Assembly (NCBI GenBank): GCA_030390025.1
Contig: CM059432.1
Coordinates: forward strand, 3,534,001-3,598,000
Length of the DNA: 64,000 nt
Source of the DNA: Squalus acanthias
Lineage: Eukaryota
Reading direction: 5' to 3'
Positions within the stretch are counted from its first letter, which is position 1; the number at the start of each line of letters is the position of its first letter. Positions 36,981-48,806 of this stretch are shown piece by piece. The translations under genes were made by a program, and so were the position numbers. The notes beneath the pieces were generated by a model, which saw only the letters and a program-made list of their open reading frames with translations, was not told the DNA's origin and ran no database searches.

Positions 36981-37461
36981 CTTATTGGAGAGAATCTACT
37001 GTGATTTAAACGCTATAATGGCGAAGCTCCATGTGACATAATAGCCTGATCACGGGAGATTCTAAACTGTGAGAATTCTTGTAAAAATCAGTTGTAAAAT
37101 AAGCTGAAATTACTGATGGTTACTTCACCCTTTTATCACAGTTACAGTTACCTCAGAGTTTTGTACCACTTAATCTGATTTTTCTTCAGTATTTGCAGTC
37201 TATGTAGTTTTACTCGCAAAGAAAATATCTGGATAGAATTTTAGACAATGCCAATTAGTTTAGTGCAATTTAACTGGAGGGACTTGGAGTTCTCTCTAGA
37301 TGTAGGAGATGGAGGGGCCAAATGGTCCTCCTCATTCAGACGAACTTGTGTTTGCAGTGCAGTCCTTATGTGATCACTTTGCTACCTTTGGACTGTCATT
37401 TTCAATGGGATTTTTGGACTCGACTATTCCAATGCTTTCCTTGCCGGCTCCCCCTCTTTCA

Positions 37462-37965
37462 CCCTCTGCTGCCCGTGTCCCAACTCACATCAAGTCCCGT
37501 TCACCCATCACTCCTGTGCTCGCCAATCTACATTGGCTCCTGGTCCACCAACGCCTCAATTTTAAAAATCCTTATACTCGTGTTCAAAAATCTCTCCATG
37601 GCCTCGTCACCTCCCTATCTCTGTAAACGCCTGCAGCCTTACAACCCTCTGAGAACTCTGCGTTCCTTCAACTCTGGCCTCTTGTGCATCCCTCACTTCC
37701 TTCGCTCCACCATTGGCAGCCGTGCCTTCAGCGGTCTAGGTCCTAAGCTCTGGAATTTCCTTCCCAAACCTCTTCGACTCTCTGCCACTCTCTCCTCCTT
37801 TAAGACGCTCCTTAAAACCTATCTCTTCGACCAAGCTTTTGGTCATCTGTCCTAAGAGCTCCTTATGTGACTCAGTGCCAAATTTTGTTTGATAATCGCT
37901 CTTGTGAAGCGCCTTGGGACGTTTTACTACATTAAAGGAGCTGTATAAATGCAAGTTGTTGTTGG
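37462..37965 (+). mobile_element. L2 3' end with a single copy of the satellite unit (37610-37649)
   Basis: KSRSPITPVLANLHWL; PPYLCKRLQPYNPLRTLRS..KTYLFDQAF; tail aaatgcaagttgttgttg. Confidence 0.9.
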
Positions 37966-38146
37966 ATATTTAACTTCCTGCTGATAAGGTATGAGCAGAC
38001 TGGAGATGTTCAGAGTTCAGCTTTGGATAGACCGTCACAGCCAGTACTGAATATATTTTTTTGCACAAATTCACATATCACTAATAAAAAGAGGATGTAA
38101 CAGCATCAGTTGTGTGTCAGCTGTGGCTCAGTGGGTATCTCTCTCT

Positions 38147-40067
38147 AGGTGGGAGGGGCTAGCAGTGAGCAGGTGCTGCTGGGTGCTCGATTACTGCAAG
38201 GAGTTGGAGTGAGTTTGTAAAAAGTTGGTGGTGGTTTTTTTTCAGGTTTTAGGGCCTTTTTGGTCCTTGAACAACAGCCAGATGGCTGCTGAGGGGCCTG
38301 GAGTGCCCGACCCCTCAGAGGACAATGTTCCCAGGAGGAATTTAATCAGGGGAGAAAATGTTGGGGGAAGGGAGAACAAAAAAGTCCCAAAGATTTGGGT
38401 CGGGGCCCCAGGAGGTTTGGAAAAGGAAACACGGTGGTGGTTCAGTGCGAGGATCAGGAGATACGAGCTTGGGATATTATCAGGCGGTACATGAGGACTG
38501 CGGCGAGGGAAGGTGCTTTGCCTGCTGACCAAAGCCAAATGTTGGGTTCGAGGTGATGGTCAGTGGCCGAGAGGAGGTGGAAAGACTTTTACTGAGTTTG
38601 AAGGTTGGAGATAAGTTCTTGGAGGTATCTCTGCTATATTCGGAAGAGGTGGTGGTCTCATTCTTAAACCTGCCGGTTTATATTGAGGACGATGTGCTAA
38701 TCAAAACGTTGGAGTCGTGGGACATTAAAATTTGCTCGGCAATAAAGAGGAGATACTATCCAGGAACGCGGGTAGCAGATGGAACCCGTTATGTAAAGGT
38801 GCGGTTCCCAGAGGGGGTGAAGTCATTGCCGTATAGCATGAAATTCGAGACAATGGAAGGAGTGCAGTACTTCCGGGTACTGCATGATAACCAGGTGAAG
38901 GTTTGTTATTATTGTCTTGGACACGACCATCTTGTAAGAAGCTGTCCAGACTTGTACTGTTATAACTGCGGCGAGTCTGGACACATCGCTCGGAGCTGCA
39001 AGGCGGAGAGCTGTGGGGTAAGTCACAAAGGCCCCACCTGCTGTGAGTGTGCGGCAGAAGGAAGCCCCGTGAGTGACGAGGAGATGGGAGAAGGATCAGG
39101 AGGTGTGAGTGGAGCGGCCGGAGGAGTGGAGCAGGCGGAGGACACAGCTGATGAATGGAAGGAGAAAAGAGCGCAGGAAGAGGCAGAAAATTGCGGAGGA
39201 GAGAACAGGATAGAGATGGTGGAAAACACACCAAGTACAATAGAAAAGGACAAAGACAGCAGAGGGCAGCACGGGTCGAGGGCAGAGTCGAGCCATAATA
39301 CGGCTCGGCTCTCCTTAAAGAATCTGGTGTCCATGGGGGGAGAGGAGGCGGGAGCAGGGTTCGGGGTAAGTGTAAGTACTCCAGAAAAAGACGGGGAGTC
39401 GGACATCTCAGGGAGCAGGAGGGGGCAAGACAAGGAGATGGTGCAAGAGGCAGGAGCCTTAAAGGGGCAGCAGGACGGGAGCGGGGAGACAAAGACGCCA
39501 GAAGGGAGCAAGATAGGTGCAGATGTGCCATTGTCCCAGAGAGAGAAGGAACGGTCAGCGGTGGAGATGAAGCCAAAGGGAGTGGCACTGTTGGAGAAAC
39601 CGTGATAGCAAGAAGACTCTCTAAGGGAGATTGTGTATCTGATGGGGAGCAGGGACGGGAGGTTACAGAAGAGCTCGAGAGTGAGGAGTCAGAGGGGGAC
39701 AGAGACATGGAAGTGGGGGGTGGGGTGGCATCGTGTGGAAAGGGAAAGGTTAGTGAGGGTCAGGAGGAGGGAGAAGGGGCAGCTCCTCGTCCCAAACCTA
39801 ATGTAAGGAAGAGGCTGAAACTGCAGGGAAGGTTCAAACAGGAGGTGAAAAAGAGCCGGAGGCTGCAGGAGAAAGCAACAGCTGCCCGAAAAGTTGGGAA
39901 GGAGCATGAGAGAAGGGAAGGGCCGGAGATTAAATGATGGGGGGATTATCAGGCACACTTCCCTTATTCGGAGCCATGATTACATTGGTCTCGATAAATA
40001 TGAACGGACTGAGGGGTGAGAAGAAATTGCTGCAGTTGTTGCCGTGTTTTAAAGGCACTGACTTGTT
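38147..40067 (+). mobile_element. Tx1/L1-clade non-LTR element, 5' half only (gag-like ORF1 plus start of the APE domain)
   Basis: ORF1 pieces at 38282-39937 with frameshifts. ORF2 start MITLVSINMNGLR carries the APE motif SxNxNGL and is cut off at ~40067. Confidence 0.78.
38553..39605 (+). pseudogene. Tx1/L1-type ORF1 protein with two CCHC zinc knuckles
   Basis: NLPVYIEDD..ADGTRYVKVRF..SLPYS, then CYYCLGHDHLVRSC and CYNCGESGHIARSC, followed by an acidic/charged low-complexity tail. Confidence 0.8.
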
Positions 40068-40494
40068 GGGCTGGACTTTGATACTGGGGCGGGTTGGGGT
40101 CGTGTTATCCACCCGACTGCAATTGGATGTGGGAGATTGATGCAATTTTCACCTAATTGAGCAATTGAGTTCCAGCATGTGGGAACCCATGACCCAATTA
40201 GTGTTTTCAGTCTGAAAGTCGCCTCTGATGATGTCATCATTGCTGCTGCATTGAAGGTCTTCAGAGACTGCCTGGCCTTTGCTGTGAGAGGACCTGCAAA
40301 ATGAGCAGCAGCAGTCCTAAGTCTGCGCCCAGATATTTTTACACCACCACTCCCAGATATGTCTCCTCTCCATCCATCCATATATACATCCATCCCCATA
40401 GCCAGCCAGCCCCCAAATGTGCTCCCGCCAGGTTTCACAATCGTGGTTCAGAACAGGCGTGCTTCACGTATAACAAGGGTTAAAATCACAAAGG

Positions 40495-40865
40495 CCTTTC
40501 AAAATGGCACCCATGAGGACGGACTCAACAGGGATCTCGGGTTCATGTCACGCTACAGAACGTGACTCGACATCGTTGTCTGTTTTTCCAGTTTAAAAAA
40601 AAAGTTAAAAGCTTAACTGCAGACGGCAGCATTTGACACGTTGGACCCCCCGTGACCCACCTCATTGTCTTAGCTGTACTCTGATGTGTCTTTGATGTAA
40701 TGCCTCCCTAACAGATTGTATCTCTGCAGACACATTGTTCTCTGTGTTTATATACGGTGTAATTGATTTGTATTCCCTCACTGTACCTGAAGAAGGAGCA
40801 GCGCTCCGAAAGCTCGTAATTTTAAATAAAACTGTTGGACTATAACCTGGTGTTGTGCGACTTCT
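40495..40865 (+). mobile_element. 3' end of a second PLE family
   Basis: THEDGLNRDLGFMSRY-stop resembles a GIY-YIG C-terminus (GLN motif). It is followed by a hammerhead motif and aataaa..ctgttggactataacctggtgttgtg. Confidence 0.7.
40784..40818 (+). ncRNA. Minimal hammerhead ribozyme motif (second family)
   Basis: UAC-CUGAAGA-A-GGAGC(AGC)GCUCC-GAAA-GCUC-GUA; palindromic AGCU stem III. Confidence 0.72.
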
Positions 40866-41331
40866 CATTTTTAAAAATAATGAGGGAGTTCTTCACTTGC
40901 AACACTCCCTGGTACCAAATAACCTTGAAGGAAGTAAAGTTGCAGGAGTTGCAGTTGGAGTTGCAGGAAGTAGCACAGAGCCACTCAAACTGCAGCACCA
41001 TGTCAGGTGTAACTTATTGCTGACGATCCCTTTAAATATCGTTGCTGGAGCCTCCATCCTGCTGTTGGACGGCTGCTCTCCGCCATTGTTTAGACATGCC
41101 GGTAAGTTCAATGGTGAGAACCAATACTGCAGATCAAGCGTCAGGTGAGCGTTGCACACTCACTGACGTCACGATCTCGCTCATTTAAATTCCTCCGCCG
41201 ATCGCGTTTACCGGCAGCGCGACCAGCACTTCCAAAATGGCGCCCGACACGGGATCCGCCACCAGCTGGCGGAAGAGCGCCAGCCGCCACGTTCTCGACA
41301 TTACACCGCGTTAACCGAATTTCTAGGCCAT

Positions 41332-41550
41332 CGAGTCTACAGCACAGCAACAGGCCATTCGGCCCAACTGGTCCGTGCCGGTGTTTATGCTCCACATGAG
41401 CCTCCTCCCACCCCTCTTCATCTCACCCCATCAGCATATCCTTCTATTCCTTTCTCCCTCATGTAACTTATCCAGCTTCCCCTTAAATGCATCTCTGCTA
41501 TTCACCTCAACCACTCCCTGTGGTAGCGAGTTCCACATTCTCACCACTCT
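41332..41550 (-). mobile_element. CR1 3' tail
   Basis: tacagcacagcaacaggccattcggccc...ttccacattctcaccactct. Confidence 0.8.
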
Positions 41551-41871
41551 GCGGGTTTTATACAGGATTGTGAGTGATCAGGATTACTTACCAGTACATA
41601 TCCCAGTCTCGAAACGATCTTTGCCCAGTACGCGAGTAAGTGGTTACAGAAAAACTAACAAAGTGAAACCTTAATAAATGTAGAATTCACACTCACTGAC
41701 TGCTCCTGATCAGTACAAATGTTGCTTTATTCCCATTTGTGTAAAACACTCGGTGACGTGTCAGGGTGAGTGCATGCACAGCCAAGCAAATGACCATCGG
41801 TAATGAAAAATGATGAGTTTCTGGTGACACAGGTTCACCGGCAGAATGAGAGGGTGAAAGCTAAATGAAGA

Positions 41872-42336
41872 AAAAATAAAGACTTGCATTTCTATAGCGC
41901 CTTTTCACAACTTCAGGACGTCCCAAAGCACTTTGCAGCCAATGAAGTACTTTTTGAAGTGTAGTCACTGTTGTAATGTAGGAAATGCAGCAGCCAATTT
42001 GTGCACAGCAAGCTCCCACAATGCGATAATGACCAGATAATCTGTTTTTAGTGATGTTGGTTGAGAGATAAATATTGGCCAGGACGCCAGGGATAACTCC
42101 CCTGCTCTTCTTCGAAATAGTGGCCATGGGATCTTTTCCATCCCCCTGAGAGGGCAGACGGGGCCTCAGTTTAACGTCTCATTCAAAAGACGGCACCTCT
42201 GACAGTGCAGCACTCCCTCAGTCCTGGCACTGGGACTGTCAATCTAGATTTTGTGCTCACGTATCTGGAGTGGGGCTTAATCTCACAACCTTCTGACTCA
42301 GAGACGAAGTGCTACCCACTGAGCCACAGCTGACAC
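41872..42336 (-). mobile_element. Deu-type SINE, full length
   Basis: Reverse complement of 35356-35825. Confidence 0.87.
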
Positions 42337-42354
42337 CTAAGAAGTAATGAGCGC

Positions 42355-42583
42355 TGACATGAATCTTGTCATTCATGTGGAAATGACTTCTGAAATAATA
42401 CTGGGCGGCCTGCTGGTGGCGCTGTCTAGGGAGAGTATAAATACTCGGGCATGGGCCCAGCTTGCTCAGGACATTCTTTAACAGGAACTAGTGAAGGACA
42501 CAACTAGATCTCCATGTTGAAAAACAGTTGATTAAAGCTTTGTTTAACGCTTAGACCAAGTGCCTAGTAGTTTTCTTACGTCA
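42355..42583 (+). mobile_element. Solo-LTR-like element, 229 bp, TG...CA ends, TSD AGCGC/AGCAC
   Basis: Ends TGACATGA / TTACGTCA; internal TATAAATA and ATTAAA; homologous to the reverse complement of 33840-34067. Confidence 0.75.
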
Positions 42584-42774
42584 AGCACCTTGTGATATTA
42601 GAACATGGCAGGGTAAATTTTCACCTTCATTTAATAAAATAGAGGTGGTGGGTAAGTGACCCTAGGTGTAGATATCACATCATAGAATCATACAGCACAG
42701 AAGGAGGCCATTCGGCCCGTCGTGCCTGTGCCGGCTCTTTGAAAGTGCTATGCAATTAATCTCATTCCCCGGCT

Positions 42775-44917
42775 GCTGGTCACTTTGTTCCAGGAGGCAG
42801 TCACACCCCTTAGGTTAAGTAGTACTTTAGAGTTCGTCAGTGGTCAGGGACAGGAGGGTGTGACTGCGAGTCAGGGAGGTATGGGGACCCAGGATGTAGT
42901 GATGGAGGAGACTCAGCCCTTGACCTTGTCCAACAGGTACGAGGTACTTGCTACCTGTACGGATGAGAACAAGGGCTGCAGGGAGGATGGGCAAACTGGC
43001 CACAGCACCATGGTACAGGAGGCCATTCAAGCGGGGGGAGTAAAAAGCAATGCGGTAGTGGTAGGCGGCAGTATAGTCAGGGGGATAGATACTGTTCTCT
43101 GCAGCCGCGACAGGATGTACCGAAGGCTGTGTTGCCTACCCGGTGCCAGGGTTAAAGACATCTCCTCGCGGCTGGAGAAGAACTTGGAGTGGGAGGGGAA
43201 GGATCCAGTTGTCATGGTCCACATAGGAACCAACGACAAAGGTATAACTAGGAATGAGGTTCTGCTGAGAGAGTCTGAGGAGTTGGGGTCCAAATTAAAA
43301 AGCAGAACCTCAAAGGTAATAATCTCTGGATTGTTACCTGAGCCACGCACCAATTGGCACAGGGTCAAACAGATTAGAGGTTTAAATGGGTGGCTCGCAG
43401 AGTGGTGTGGGAGGCAGGGGTTTCGCTTCATGGGGCACTGGCACCAGTACTGGGATGGGCTCCACTTAAACCGGACTGGGACCAATGTCCTGGCGAATTG
43501 AATAACTAGGGCAGTAGACAGGGCTTTAAACTAATGAAGTGGGGTGAGGGGCGGTGGGAGGATTCAGGAAAGAGTAAATTTAAAAGCAGCGAGAGAAATG
43601 TCAAGGCTCTGGAGCAGAGCAGAGTTTTGGGTAAAAATAGCAGAGTGGGTCAGGAAGGGACAGAGAGAGTAACAAAGGTAATAGGGCATCAGTGACTAAG
43701 GTGACATCAGGGAAAAATAGAAAAAAGTCAAAGCTAAAGGCACTATATCTGAATGCACAAAGCATTCGCAACAAAATAGATGAATTAATAGCGCAGATAG
43801 AAATTAATAGGTTTGATCTAATAGCCATTACGGAGACATGGTTGCAAAGTGACCAAAGTTAGGAACTAAATATTCCAGGATACTTAACTTTTAGAAGAGA
43901 CAGGCAGAATGGAAAAGGAGGTGGGGTAGCCCTGATAATAAAGGATGGGATAAAGACAGTAGAGAGAAAGGATCTTAGCTCGGAAAATCAAGAAGTAGAA
44001 TCAGTTTGGGTGGAGCTAAGAAACAGCAAGGGGCAGAAAACATTGGTTGGAGTTGTTTATAGGCCCCCAAACAGTAATTGTAATGCAGGGCAGAGTATAA
44101 ATCAGGAAATTAGAGGCGCATGTAACAAGGATAATACAGTAATCATGGGGGACTTTAATCTACATATAGACTGGGCAAACCAAATTTGCAGTAATAGTGT
44201 GGAGGACAAATTCATGGAATGTATGTATACAAGATAGTTTTCTCGATCAGTATGTTGAGGAACCAACTAGGGAACAGGCTATTTCAGATCTAGCATTGTG
44301 CAATGAGAAAGGGTTTATTAATAACCTTGTAGTAAAGGGGCCTTTAGGGAAGAGTGACCATAATATGATAGAATTTTATATTGAGTTTGAAAGTGATTTA
44401 GTTAAGTCCGAAACTAGGGTCTTAAATCTAAACAAAGCAAACTACGTAGGTATGAGGGATGAGTTGGCTAAAGTGGATTGGGAAACTGCATTAAAAGATA
44501 TGATGGTAGATAAGCAATGACTAGCATTTAAAGAATGAATACATAATTTACAACAAATATACATTCCTTTAAGGCACAAAAACCCCACAGGAAAGGTGGT
44601 CTAACCGTGGCTAACGAGAGAAGTTAACGATAGTATTCGATCAAAGGAAAAGGCTTATAATGTTGCCAAAAAGAGTAGTAGCCTGAGGATTGGGAGGATT
44701 TTAGAATTCAGCAAAGGAGGACCAAGAAATTGATAAGGAAAGAGAAAAAAGAATATGATTGTAAATTAGTAAGAGACATAAAAACAGATTGTAAACATTT
44801 CTATAGGTATGTAACAAGGAATAGTTAGTGAAAGTAAACGTGGGCCCATTAGAGGCAGAGACAGGAGAAATTATAATGGGCAATAAGGAAATGGCAGAGA
44901 CATTAAACAAATACTTT
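42775..44917 (+). mobile_element. CR1 LINE 5'/middle part: ORF1 esterase plus ORF2 APE endonuclease (degenerate)
   Basis: ORF2 motifs YLNAQSIRNK, ITETW, GGGVAL, VYRPP, GDFN and SDH with internal stops. Ends abruptly at LNKYF. Confidence 0.9.
42785..43501 (+). pseudogene. CR1 ORF1 SGNH/GDSL-type esterase domain
   Basis: LSNRYEVL, VVGGSIVRG (GDS box altered to GGS), CLPGARVKD, HIGTND, IISGLLP, DGLHLN. Confidence 0.85.
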
Positions 44918-45612
44918 GGCTGCGAATTCCCAGCGGAGGCACGATGGTGGCAGGAGAGCTGGCTTCCCGGCCAATTAATAGGAAGTGGGTCTGATGATGT
45001 CATTTGATGACGCATCATCAGCCGGTTTCCTTAAAGGGACCACGGCCACATGGAGTTTGACAGTTGTTCTGTCAGTGTTTGACAGCATTGAGGTGCTGCA
45101 ACCACTGACAAGCACTGCACAAAGGTGGACGCTTGCACCCTGGCTCTCAATTGACTCCCTCTATAAGCTTATGGAGGGAATCACAGCACACAGGGAGGTT
45201 CTCTTCCCTTCCAAGGGCGGAAGAGACCTCCCCAGGACACCAGCGCAGCCTGGTTGCACATTGCGCAGGAGGGCAAAAGCAGGGATGTCCTCAGGGGTCC
45301 CTGGCTGCAGTGGCACCAACCTTTCAATGATCTCAGTGAATCACGAAACGTTACTGCAAAGCCACACTTGAACTCACCCTGCTGTGCCACTCAACACATC
45401 CCCATCACTCTGCCTTCCCTACCCTACTCTTGCACATCCTTACTCACACCAACTCACCTTGTACCTCCACCCATCCCTCTCTATCTACATTATTACTTCC
45501 CCATCTCACTAGCCACCCCTCACACTCACCCTCATCCTACTACAAGCATACCACCTAACAACACACAAGGGTAGGCACTTGAGAGGTTTAGCCAATGTCC
45601 ATGTGAAGTTTC
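44918..45612 (+). pseudogene. Harbinger-type transposon remnant with a frameshifted Myb/SANT-like DNA-binding domain (~45130-45335)
   Basis: Two adjacent frames join to APWLSIDSLYKLMEGITAHREVLFPSKG / PQDTSAAWLHIAQEGKSRDVLRGPWLQWHQPFNDL, which fits the trihelix pattern F..S...L......LF...W..IA......R...QC...F.DL. Starts with TIR-like ggctgcgaatt. Confidence 0.62.
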
Positions 45613-45644
45613 TGGCCTACTCCTGCTCCTATTTCTGATGTTCT

Positions 45645-46010
45645 TCTGTTCCCCATAGCCCTGCTAATTTTTCCTTTTCAAGTATTTATCCAATTCCCTT
45701 TTGAAAGTTACTATTGAATCTGCTTTGACGAATAAACCTTTCAGGCAGCGCATTCCAGATCATAGTAACTCGCTGCGTAAAAAGTAATTCGCCTCTGGCT
45801 TATTTGCCAATTGTCTTAAATCTGTGTCCTCTGGTTACCGACCCTCCTGCAGTGGAAACAGTTTCTCCCCATCTGCTCTTTCAAAACCCCTCAGGATTTT
45901 GAACACCTCGATTAAAATCTCCCCTTAACCTTCTCTGCTCAAAGGAGAACAACTCCAGCTTCTCCAGTCTCTCCACACGAGGGAAGTCCCTCATCCCTGG
46001 TACCATTCCA
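45645..46010 (-). mobile_element. CR1 3' fragment
   Basis: ccccatagccctgc..atttatccaattcccttttgaaag..ccttaaccttctctgctc. Confidence 0.8.
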
Positions 46011-46319
46011 GTAACTGAAATAACATTTAATAATATAGAGGCGGATAAGGTACCTTGGGTGTAAATATTATATATTGGGCTAATGTATCCATTCTCTAGC
46101 CAAGATACTTTGGATTACAGTATTAAACGTCCGCAGACATTACAGTCCCACTGAATTATCCTGATTATGCGCCCCTGGTTGCATATAATCCTCCTGTAAT
46201 AGGGTGAAGACGTACCATTGTGTTATTTTAGATGAGAATTGCTTTGTTCTTATCGGTGCCCTGGCACTAATATTTTTTTGCACATGACTGAATTATTTCA
46301 CTGTGACACAAGATTAATA

Positions 46320-47200
46320 TAAGAACATAAGAATTAGGAGCAGGAGTCGGTCACACGGCCCCTCGAGCCTGCTCCGCCATTCAATAAGGTCATGGCTGAT
46401 CTTTCACTTCAATTCAACTTTCCTGCCCGATCCCCATATCCCTCGATCCCCCTAGACTCCAAAAGTCTATCCATCTCAGCCTTGAATATACTCAATGACT
46501 CAGCATCCACAGCCCTCTGGGGCAGAGAATTCCAAAGATTCACAACCCTCTGAGTGAAGAAATTCCTCCTCGTAGCATTTATATAGCGCCTATCACGACC
46601 ACTGGACATCCCAAAGCACTTTACAGCCAATGAAGTACTTTTTGGAGTGTAGTCACTGTTGTAATGTAGGAAATGCAGCAGCAAATTTGCGCACAGCAAG
46701 CTCCCACAAACAACAATGTGATATTGACCAGATAATCTGTTTTAGTGATGTTGATTGAGCGATAAATATTGGCCAGGACACCAGGGATAACTCCCCTGCT
46801 CTTCTTCGAAATTGTGCCATGGGATCTTTTACGTTCACCTGAGAGAGCAGACACAGCCTCAGTTTAACATCTCATCCGAAAGACGGCACCTCCGACAGCG
46901 CAGCACTCCCTCAGTACTGCACTGGGAGTGTCAGCCTAGATTTTTGTGCTCAAGTCTCTGGAGTGGGACTTGAACTCACAACCTTCTGACTCAGAGGCGA
47001 GGGTGCTACCAACTGAGCTGAGACATGTGTCATCTCAGTCTTAAATGGCCGACCCCTTATCCTGAGACTGTGTCCCCTCGTTCTAGACACACCAGCCAGG
47101 GGAAACAACCTCTCAGCATCTACCCTGTCAATCCCCCTCAGAGTCTTATATGTTGCAATGAGATCACCTCTCATTCTTCTAAACTCCAGAGAATATAGGC
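46320..47200 (-). mobile_element. CR1 3' end interrupted by a SINE
   Basis: Tail aagaacataagaattaggagcaggag; the CR1 sequence ttcctcctc|atctcagtc is split at 46571/47030. Confidence 0.85.
46572..47029 (-). mobile_element. Deu-type SINE inserted in CR1
   Basis: Reverse complement of 35356-35825. Confidence 0.87.
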
Positions 47201-47524
47201 CCTTTACTGACGGAAGTCCTAACCTAACGCTTTCAGGGCCACTTGAACTGGGACAGTGAGACTGGAACCTGAACCTTCCATTGAGCGAGAGGACGGGAAG
47301 ACAAGTGTCAGCGTGGCTACGAAATGACGGCCGAGTTTCTCTGCAGAGTATCAAGGTTGTTGCTCTATCCAGTGAATGTGTTGTGTCTGGGTGGCAGCAG
47401 GGTTCTGTGCACCTCAAAAGCGGTGCGTGTATCTGCCGAAGGGACAATCCCTCTCTCGGTGCCCCAGTACACAGAGTAATTAACATCACACACCCTGGCT
47501 GGTGTCACTGACAAAATCAAAAGG

Positions 47525-47705
47525 AACTTGCCTTTAGATAGCGCCTTTAACGTAGTAATACATCCCAAGGCGCTTCACTGGAGCGTTATCAGGCAACATT
47601 TGGCACCGAGCCACACATTAGGCAAAGAGGAAGGTTTTAAGGAGCATCTCAAAGGAGGAAAGAGAGGTAGAGAGGCAGAGAGGTTTAGGGAGGGAATTCC
47701 AGAGC
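47525..47705 (-). mobile_element. L2 3' tail
   Basis: aacttgcctttagatagcgcctttaacgtag...gggaattccagag. Confidence 0.8.
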
Positions 47706-47992
47706 ATTGGGTCATTTCACACTGTGGAAGGTGTTAGAACACACAAACCTTCGGGGACAGCAGCAATAAATTGGAGAAAATGTTGGTGTTTATAACCTAG
47801 TTACTTAAACATTGAGGGGAGCAATATCAACCCAACTCGCCCGTCGGGAAACTGACGGGTTTGGGGCTGATCTTAATCTCCATTGGAGTTAGCGGGGTGC
47901 AATCGCGGGCAGGGTGCAAAACCGCCGTTCTCCACCCGATTCTGTGGGCTTCCCCCTGAGGTGTTAGGTTAGCATGACCCCCAATGACCAGC

Positions 47993-48278
47993 TGTGAGCC
48001 GTGGCTCAGTTGGTAGCACTCTCCCCTCAGAGTCAGAAGGTTGTGATTTAAAAAATCTAGGCTGACACTCCAGTGCAGGGCTGAGGGAGTGCTGCACTGT
48101 CGGAGGTGCCATCTTTCGGATGAGACGTTAAACCGAGGCCCCGTCTGCTCTCTCAGGTGGACGTAAAAGATCCCACGGCCACTATTTCGAAGGAGAGCAG
48201 GGGAGTTCTCCTCAGTGTCCTGGCCAATTTTTATCCCTCAACCAACATCACTAAAGCAGATTATCTGGTCATTATCAG
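47993..48278 (+). mobile_element. Deu-type SINE, 5' two-thirds
   Basis: Head and core match 35356-35670. Confidence 0.85.
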
Positions 48279-48329
48279 ATATCAGCTAACAGTACAGAAT
48301 GTGAACCTTTTCTGGTCTTAATGGCATAA

Positions 48330-48806
48330 AAAGAAAGACTTGCATTTATACAGCGCTTTCCATGACCGTCAAATATCCCAAAGTGCTTTACAGCCAATGA
48401 AGTACTTATGAAGTGTAGTCACTGCTGTAATGTAGAAAAACACAGCAGTCAATTTGCACTCAGCAAGCTCCCACAAACAGCAATGAGATAAAGGACCAGA
48501 TAATCAGTTTAATGATGTTGGTTGGCGGGGAGGGGGGGGGGTACAAAACGTATAGGACACCGGGGAGAACTCCCCTGCTCTTCTTCGAAATAATGCCGTA
48601 GGATCATTTACGTCCACCTGAGAGAGCAGACGGGGCCTCGGTTTAACGTCTCATCCGAAAGACGGCCCCTCCGACAATGCGGCGCTCCCTCAGTACCGCA
48701 CTGGGATTGCCAGCCCGGATCACCTGCTCGAGACTCTGGAGTGGGACTGTGAACCCATGATCTTCTGACTCAGAGGCGAGTGTGCTCCCACTGAGCCACG
48801 GCTGAC
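48330..48806 (-). mobile_element. Deu-type SINE, full length
   Basis: Reverse complement of 35356-35825. Confidence 0.85.

Larger units (their letters stand above)
40068..41330. mobile_element. Composite of Harbinger-type MITE remnants (with the PLE end inside)
   Basis: Left end gggctggacttt, right end aatttctaggcca (like 3456-3468), CpG-rich 41130-41330. The two ends match poorly and may be separate elements. Confidence 0.35.

Noticed and set aside
38553..39605. Host zinc-knuckle gene (ZCCHC3-like) or retroviral gag
   Set aside because: Frameshifted on both sides and followed by an APE start motif, which fits a non-LTR ORF1.
47815..47985. Small MITE-like element (gggg..aacc ends, internal cccgtc/gacggg hairpin); similar case at ~49440-49575
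   Set aside because: Terminal repeats are too degenerate and there is no clear TSD or second copy in the window.
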